From assembly GCA_011364905.1 (NCBI GenBank), contig RDNZ01000012.1, forward strand, positions 1-62,631: a DNA stretch of 62,631 nucleotides, written 5' to 3'. Each line of letters begins with the position of its first letter. The stretch's first letter is position 1. Source of the stretch: Candidatus Thorarchaeota archaeon (GTDB lineage Archaea; Asgardarchaeota; Thorarchaeia; Thorarchaeales; Thorarchaeaceae). Positions 57,172 through 62,631 of this stretch are shown piece after piece. The notes beneath the pieces were generated by a model, which saw nothing but the letters and a program-made list of their open reading frames with translations, was not told the origin of the DNA and made no database searches. Made by a program: the position numbers and the translations under genes.

Positions 57172-57750
57172 TTACACTGGTTGAACAAGTAAACCTGCAC
57201 GCATGGCAGACTGAAAGAGATATTGGAATGCTTCCATGACATTGTGACCCTCCCTTGCGACACTTCTGAAGACAGGCACCGACATAGGAATCTTCAGATG
57301 CAATCTTAGACGCTCCTCGTCTACTGCATTCAAAAGGTCCTGTTTATTGAGACAAACGATTAGTGGAAGAGGTCGCTCTTCTTCTTCAATCATCGACATC
57401 AATTCATTCCAGCTCGCCAAATTCTCATCAAGAAGATGCTCCTGAGAATCTGCTACAAAGATCACTCCGTCAGCTCCAACCAAGACAACTTCTCTGGTTG
57501 ATCTATAGAAATCCTGGCCCGTTGCAGACCAAATATGCGCTTTGATTGTCCAGCTATTACTCAATGAGAAAGGAATCGTGCCAAAATCGCAAAACATTGT
57601 TCTTCCAACGGTATTCTCTATCGATGTAAGCTTCTCGACATAATCTAGTGATGAGAACAACCATCGAATCGAAGTTGTTTTTCCACTCATTGCAGGTCCG
57701 AAGAAGACTATTTTGAGTCCCACTGTACGATTGCCATAGTCGATTATCAC
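57172..57750 (-). CDS. MglA-type small GTPase
   Basis: KIVFFGPAMSGKTT, RTMFCDF (MglA RTLFFDF), SATGQDFY, GADGVIFVADS, NKQD, SVA.EG.NV. Confidence 0.88.
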   Translation of the reverse strand: MIIDYGNRTVGLKIVFFGPAMSGKTTSIRWLFSSLDYVEKLTSIENTVGRTMFCDFGTIPFSLSNSWTIKAHIWSATGQDFYRSTREVVLVGADGVIFVADSQEHLLDENLASWNELMSMIEEEERPLPLIVCLNKQDLLNAVDEERLRLHLKIPMSVPVFRSVAREGHNVMEAFQYLFQSAMRAGLLVQPV

Positions 57751-57765
57751 ATTTCTAACCCCCAG

Positions 57766-58686
57766 TCAAGCCCCCCACATACTGTCTACCCATGCGCCAA
57801 GTCCAGACAACGCTCCGCTTTTCACACAATCAGAAAAGTCTTCATGCCATTCCGCCCTGATGAATTGAATCAGGTCAGGTAGTTCTCCTCCATCCCAACC
57901 GATGGCCTCATAGAGGTTTCTTTCTGTAAGAGTAGTAGACGCACCAAGTTCCCTTGCTAAACGAATTCTTGACAGTAGGGTGACGGCTCTTCGTGCTGCA
58001 TGAACATAGTTGTTTATCTCCTCCTCGAAAACATCTTGAGTTAGTTTTTCGGACTCATCATCCAGTTTAAGAACTGCGCCAAGTATATGTTCGGACATAT
58101 CAAGACCTCGAAGTGACTTCGTGAGAAGTCGTCTGATTCTCTCTAGAGACTGTTTCTTTCTGATCAGAATTTTATTCACGATTTTCTTCTCGACATCAAG
58201 ACTGTTATCTGAAGATTTCACAAGTGAGAAAGTTATAGATGATGGAGAGCTTACTCTTAATATTCCGCAGTTGCCTGAATTTCTGAGGATGCAAGAAGTC
58301 GCATCCTGAAGTGTCTTTTCAGTGACTTGTATTCCTAATACAGTGGAACCTAATGGTACGGCAAGAATCCAGCCTGCAAAGTGCGAAATTCGATCCATTG
58401 CAAGTCGAAGGTTCCCCGAAAGACCACAGACAATGGTCCTATTTACCTCATAGTTGTGCTTCTCCTCCTCCCAGACAGCCACTATCTCTGGCTCTGATGT
58501 GAAATCGCGCCAGAAAATTAGCTTGTGTCGATGAGGACAAAGAGTGGTCAAACTCTCTGCTATATCATCTACCAGTTCAATGTCCTCACCTGCAACGATT
58601 ACTGGCATCCGTTCCAGTAGTGTGTTCAATAGAGATGGAAATTGGTCACCCATCAGCTCGATTAGATTCATGATTGAGTATGTCAT
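57766..58686 (-). CDS. Hypothetical protein with DENN-like core
   Basis: FPSLLNTLLERMPVIVAGEDIELVDDIAESLTTLCPHR resembles the cDENN helix-strand-helix core; helical C-terminus. Confidence 0.5.
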   Translation of the reverse strand: MTYSIMNLIELMGDQFPSLLNTLLERMPVIVAGEDIELVDDIAESLTTLCPHRHKLIFWRDFTSEPEIVAVWEEEKHNYEVNRTIVCGLSGNLRLAMDRISHFAGWILAVPLGSTVLGIQVTEKTLQDATSCILRNSGNCGILRVSSPSSITFSLVKSSDNSLDVEKKIVNKILIRKKQSLERIRRLLTKSLRGLDMSEHILGAVLKLDDESEKLTQDVFEEEINNYVHAARRAVTLLSRIRLARELGASTTLTERNLYEAIGWDGGELPDLIQFIRAEWHEDFSDCVKSGALSGLGAWVDSMWGA

Positions 58687-59663
58687 GGTTCTCTCCTCGT
58701 CAACATTAAACTACCATCGGAAGCTCCAGATAGGAGGAGTTCCTTCAAATCATCTGGAACTGCGGGTTTCATCGAAGATGCCACTGCCAATATGCGTCTT
58801 ATCTCCTCAATATAGTGCTTTAACAGGAGCCTCATTAGGCCAAGTTTCTGACTCTCTTTGTCCACCCACAGACTGAATACGCCATTTGGAACGGCATAGA
58901 TGAAATGGCGTGTGTCTTCTGTTTCACATAGCACTGTTTGCAGTGAGCTATTCCGTAATGTTCGAACAACGCGTTCTGAAGCATCATGGAGCGCAAAGGA
59001 CATCGCAGCTAGTCTGTCGTTCGTAAACCCTTCAAGTGAAACTCGAACTCCACCGCTTAATGAGAGAAAGACTGTCCCAATTTTGGGAATGCAGTCATGA
59101 ACCTGACGCAGCAAGGCCCGGAGACTGAGCGCCTGTGATCTGTCAAGTGAGATCATAGAACGAGATATGCCATAATTCGTGTCACGACCCTCAGCAACTG
59201 CAAACCCTTGTAATACCTTTTGGGTTTCATCGAAACTATAGGATCTGAGTGGCGGAAGCCTTCCATCTACATGTTGTCTGAGAAGAAATGAAAGCCTAGA
59301 GAGATTGTCTTTCATCTCGATAAACAGTGCTGCAAGATTCACTCTGGGAGCGGTAGTCACTGTTAAGAAATAATCCGGGTCATTTGGCAATGAAGCAAGG
59401 AAAACCTTGAAAGTATCAGATTCCATCAACAGATAGTTGAAGTTGCCATGTATGAGTTTTGCAACACCAAAGATTGCACAAGTTGAGGAAGCAACAGCAA
59501 AGACTTCATTCTTACTGAACCATACCCCTGCGCTTGCAACAGGCAGCCCGTCTTTCTGGATTAAGACAACATTCTCAACACCAGTGATAGCTTTGATGCT
59601 CTGTAGGGTTTCAGTCAGTTCGTCGCTCAAGTCCTCAGCTCCGGACAGAAGAATTGGGTTCAA
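58683..59663 (-). CDS. Tandem (two-domain) roadblock/LAMTOR-like protein
   Basis: GV..VVLI.KDGLPVAS...A......NLA unit, then FLSLSGG.....LAAMS.AL...KLGL unit. Confidence 0.8.
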   Translation of the reverse strand: MNPILLSGAEDLSDELTETLQSIKAITGVENVVLIQKDGLPVASAGVWFSKNEVFAVASSTCAIFGVAKLIHGNFNYLLMESDTFKVFLASLPNDPDYFLTVTTAPRVNLAALFIEMKDNLSRLSFLLRQHVDGRLPPLRSYSFDETQKVLQGFAVAEGRDTNYGISRSMISLDRSQALSLRALLRQVHDCIPKIGTVFLSLSGGVRVSLEGFTNDRLAAMSFALHDASERVVRTLRNSSLQTVLCETEDTRHFIYAVPNGVFSLWVDKESQKLGLMRLLLKHYIEEIRRILAVASSMKPAVPDDLKELLLSGASDGSLMLTRREP

Positions 59664-59764
59664 TTAAGAATCCATATCGTTACTATATAATCACCACACA
59701 GAAATGGAGTCTCATGTTTTATTGTAGGTCTAAGTTGCAGTTGAAAGAAAAAGAGTGGAAGCTG

Positions 59765-61063
59765 CTACATATGTATAAGCGCAGTATCAGGGACCTCTTG
59801 GAAGACTTCGCGTGCAGCCTTGCCTACTTTTATCCGGTTTTTATCGAATGTGTATACTCTAATTACATCGAGATATGTTTTCATCATTTCCGCAATGTTG
59901 GAGTACTCTGAGAGATTACGCGGCACTCTTTTCCCATCTATGACCTCGAAAATTCCTATTTCCATAGGATCAAGTTGATGCGGATTATACGGTACTGACG
60001 GCAATGTTGGGACGTCTACAATCACTTCATCATGATTGACCCCAGCTATGGAGGCAATTTCTTCTTCGATGCTCTGGCGAACCTTTCTTTTGGTGAGAAC
60101 CTTGGACACAAATCGATCCTGAGTATGAAGAACCTTCTCAAAGGCTGATTTGTAAAGAACACGTGAGTCAAGAAGATCGACCATTTTTGCTGCTTCTTTG
60201 GCATCTTCCGATTCCGATGCATCTATGCGTCTAATTCTGGATATGAGAGACATATCATCTAATTCTAGAAACTGCTCAGGGGATGAGAAACTTGTGAGTT
60301 CAAGTACTTTGTCTGAAGCACCAATAAGCTTGACTAGCATAACTTCAACGCTACGAACCGTTTTGTGATAGTAAACATTGAGAAACATCTCATATCTGGC
60401 AACAAGGAATGACTCCAATGCGCCTCTCGCAGCTATGTCAAACTGCATATGGTAGTCCTCTGAAATCTCAATGCTGTCAATTAGCCGATGAATATCAACC
60501 AACCCATAGTTAACTCCGCAATAGAATGAGTCGCGAATCAGGTAGTCCATCTTGTCTGCATCGATTTGTCCTGCAACTATTCCAGCTATAATTGTATCTT
60601 TCTTTGTTTTCTGACGCCCTCGAACTAGATCAGCAATTCGTTTCTTCGAGATTCCATCATCTTCTAGTAGATCACCTATCTCACTTTCGAGAATTATCCA
60701 TTCTGTTACATCTTCGTGGTTCATTCCCCGCTTTTCTATGAGTACTTCCTCAAAGACATGGCTAAAGGGCCCATGACCAATATCATGAAGGAGTCCAGCA
60801 ATTCTTACTTCCTGAAGCTTCTTGTCTCCAAGGCCCATCTGACTCAAGAGCCTTCTGCCACTAAGTCCGGCAAGATACATTGCTCCCATGCAATGAGAGA
60901 ACCGTGTGTGTTCTGCTGTAGGGTAGACAAAATGCCCACCTGAGAGCTGTTTGATTCTTCGTAAACGCTGGTATGGCAATGAATTAATGATTTTTGCCTC
61001 GATTTCGGTAAGACCTATGAAACCATGGACTGGGTCGTTTATTTCCATAGCAAACTCCATCAT
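59765..61063 (-). CDS. HD-domain dNTP triphosphohydrolase (SAMHD1-like)
   Basis: DPVHG.I, QRLRRIKQL, HTRFSH, LLHDIGHGPFSH, D.DKMDYL.RD, VYYHK. Confidence 0.92.
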   Translation of the reverse strand: MMEFAMEINDPVHGFIGLTEIEAKIINSLPYQRLRRIKQLSGGHFVYPTAEHTRFSHCMGAMYLAGLSGRRLLSQMGLGDKKLQEVRIAGLLHDIGHGPFSHVFEEVLIEKRGMNHEDVTEWIILESEIGDLLEDDGISKKRIADLVRGRQKTKKDTIIAGIVAGQIDADKMDYLIRDSFYCGVNYGLVDIHRLIDSIEISEDYHMQFDIAARGALESFLVARYEMFLNVYYHKTVRSVEVMLVKLIGASDKVLELTSFSSPEQFLELDDMSLISRIRRIDASESEDAKEAAKMVDLLDSRVLYKSAFEKVLHTQDRFVSKVLTKRKVRQSIEEEIASIAGVNHDEVIVDVPTLPSVPYNPHQLDPMEIGIFEVIDGKRVPRNLSEYSNIAEMMKTYLDVIRVYTFDKNRIKVGKAAREVFQEVPDTALIHM

Positions 61064-61085
61064 CTTTCACCATTCTAGATAAGAA

Positions 61086-61829
61086 CTACATCTGAGGATT
61101 AAAGGATCGAATTTCTCGTACTAATTCTTCCGCAGAATCTATTTCTGATATACATAAAGGTAGATGTATACTGTCAGCTATTTTTACAGCTAGAGGGTCA
61201 AGCTCTTTTACTCCTTGAAGTATCACTACAGCTGGCTTCACAGCAACGGACGTACCTATTTGACTTGCTTTTATTGCTACCATTGGTGAGCGACCTGTAG
61301 TGACATTTGTGAGGATAGCTCCACGTTGGGTCGTTCCGCCATAGAGACGAAGAAGTTGTTGTGGAGTCAAACTCACAATAGCCTTGATACTATCAAGAAC
61401 AGTATAGCCATAGATGTCTCTTTCAAGTAGATTCCGGTGAGTTAATACTTTACAGTTAAGATGGTCTACAAGCAGTCGTGAGGGAATTGGGACTCCGAAC
61501 TCGCGGCTGTCAAGAATTGCATCAGAAGAGATCTCAGGCGTGATTAGTTTTTCCAGAGCCATAGCCACTCTTCCTCCATCAGATGCATCCATCTCAATCA
61601 GTCCCTCTACAAATCGCTTGATGGTTTCTACTCGTGGAGATTTTCGTCTGCCACTCTCATAGTCACTTATGACTGATGGAGAAACATTGAGGTGCTTGGC
61701 GAGATTCTTTTGCGAGATATGAAATCTCTCACGCCATCTTCGCATTACAGCGCCGGGATCATTCTCTGCGAGGCAAATCTCACCAGCCATTGCTTCCGCA
61801 AGCCTCTGGAGTGCCTCACTATTATCCAT
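61086..61829 (-). CDS. Archaeal HTH regulator (COG1709-like, XRE + DRTGG-like)
   Basis: AGEI, RRWRE.F..SQ, SVISDYESGRRKSP, GYTV.DS..AI, V.TGRSPMVAI. Confidence 0.9.
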   Translation of the reverse strand: MDNSEALQRLAEAMAGEICLAENDPGAVMRRWRERFHISQKNLAKHLNVSPSVISDYESGRRKSPRVETIKRFVEGLIEMDASDGGRVAMALEKLITPEISSDAILDSREFGVPIPSRLLVDHLNCKVLTHRNLLERDIYGYTVLDSIKAIVSLTPQQLLRLYGGTTQRGAILTNVTTGRSPMVAIKASQIGTSVAVKPAVVILQGVKELDPLAVKIADSIHLPLCISEIDSAEELVREIRSFNPQM

Positions 61830-61974
61830 AACCAGTTTGCCGTTTAGAATCGCTATAAGAGTTGTGTAGAGTCCCATTGACAGCAATTAATGACTTGAAG
61901 GAACATCTTTGAAATGTTGGTTTGTACCGAAGAACTCAAAGAGGGTTTGTGACCAATTCGTTTCGGTACTGGAG

Positions 61975-62631
61975 ATGTTGTTCGCATTTGTGGTCGGTAC
62001 TGCGGGGTCAGGTAAGTCCCTGCTTACTGCCTCGTTGGAGAAATGGTTGGTCGGTTCGGATTTAAGTGTCACAGTTGTGAACTTGGACCCTGGCGTTGAT
62101 TCGCCCCCCTATACAAGTGATGTTGACATCAGAGAGTATGTGGACTATGGAGAAGTCATGAGTTCGTTTGGATTGGGTCCAAATGGAGCTCTTGTTGCTT
62201 CCTTGGATATGGCAGTTGAGAGTGCGTATGATATTAGAGATGAGATTATTGATACTGAACGGGACTATGTTCTCGTAGATTGCCCGGGGCAGATGGAGCT
62301 TTTTGCATACCGAAGTTCTGGACCTTTGATGGTGTCTAATCTGAGGGGGAATGACCCTGCATTATCTCTGTACTTACTTGATTCTAACATTGCTCGCACA
62401 GCTGTAGGCTATCTCGCATCAACTCTTTTGGGAATCTCAATCAATATTCAATTTAGTATTCCACAACTAAATGTTCTGAGCAAAACTGATATTCTAGCCG
62501 AGCAGGAGGTAGAAGAGATTGTGGACTGGGGTTCTGAGTTGTATCTACTTGAAGAGGCCCTCGAGTCCTCAGCCAAGGGCCTACGAAGAGAGTATTCACG
62601 TTCGATAATAGAGATGCTTGGCTCTCTGGGC
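61975..62631 (+). CDS. GPN-loop GTPase, truncated by window end (not in ORF track)
   Basis: MLFAFVVGTAGSGKS, VNLDPG, DVDIR, LGPNGAL, DCPGQMELF, SKTD. Confidence 0.95.
   Translation, partial: MLFAFVVGTAGSGKSLLTASLEKWLVGSDLSVTVVNLDPGVDSPPYTSDVDIREYVDYGEVMSSFGLGPNGALVASLDMAVESAYDIRDEIIDTERDYVLVDCPGQMELFAYRSSGPLMVSNLRGNDPALSLYLLDSNIARTAVGYLASTLLGISINIQFSIPQLNVLSKTDILAEQEVEEIVDWGSELYLLEEALESSAKGLRREYSRSIIEMLGSLG

Noticed and set aside
427-60943. Numerous antisense or shadow ORFs in the six-frame track
   Set aside because: They overlap well-supported genes in another frame or strand and lack motifs
1-62631. CRISPR array, rRNA, integrase or transposase genes
   Set aside because: No regularly spaced repeats, rRNA-like sequence or recombinase motifs seen

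Overview
This is a gene-dense archaeal chromosomal segment, most consistent with an Asgard archaeon (Thorarchaeia-like). That assignment is an inference from gene content: an MglA-type small GTPase next to a tandem-roadblock protein and a DENN-like protein, a GPN GTPase, an Hdr cluster and a full archaeal informational gene set. Informational clusters: (i) PIN-rpo7-spt4-rps24e-rps27ae; (ii) rpl15e-DUF54-rpp30-pop5; (iii) METTL5-csl4-rpo11-RNaseIII-like-tfs-RPA3-like-PCNA-PCNA-priS-gins15, next to cdc6 and DP1; (iv) kae1-bud32-rps15-GAN/Cdc45-like-pcc1 plus rps3ae, fau-1 and Lsm. Energy genes: an hdrC-hdrB-hdrA-hdrA::mvhD operon with an unusual 754-aa wHTH/ferredoxin protein, an acyl-CoA dehydrogenase, a second mvhD and fprA. 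Also pyrG-nurA-herA. Three tRNAs not in the ORF track: initiator Met(CAT), Ser(CGA) with a BHB intron, and Leu(TAG) with a duplicated 3' end bracketing a ~450-bp mini-island. Best candidates for undescribed biology: the roadblock2-DENN-like-MglA three-gene GTPase switch module (57172-59663), a membrane protein-YEATS pair (3904-4772), the Hdr-associated tandem-wHTH ferredoxin (19663-21927), and several structured 5' leaders (rpl15e, PCNA, rps15, rpo7). All family calls are by motif recognition by eye; no searches were run.
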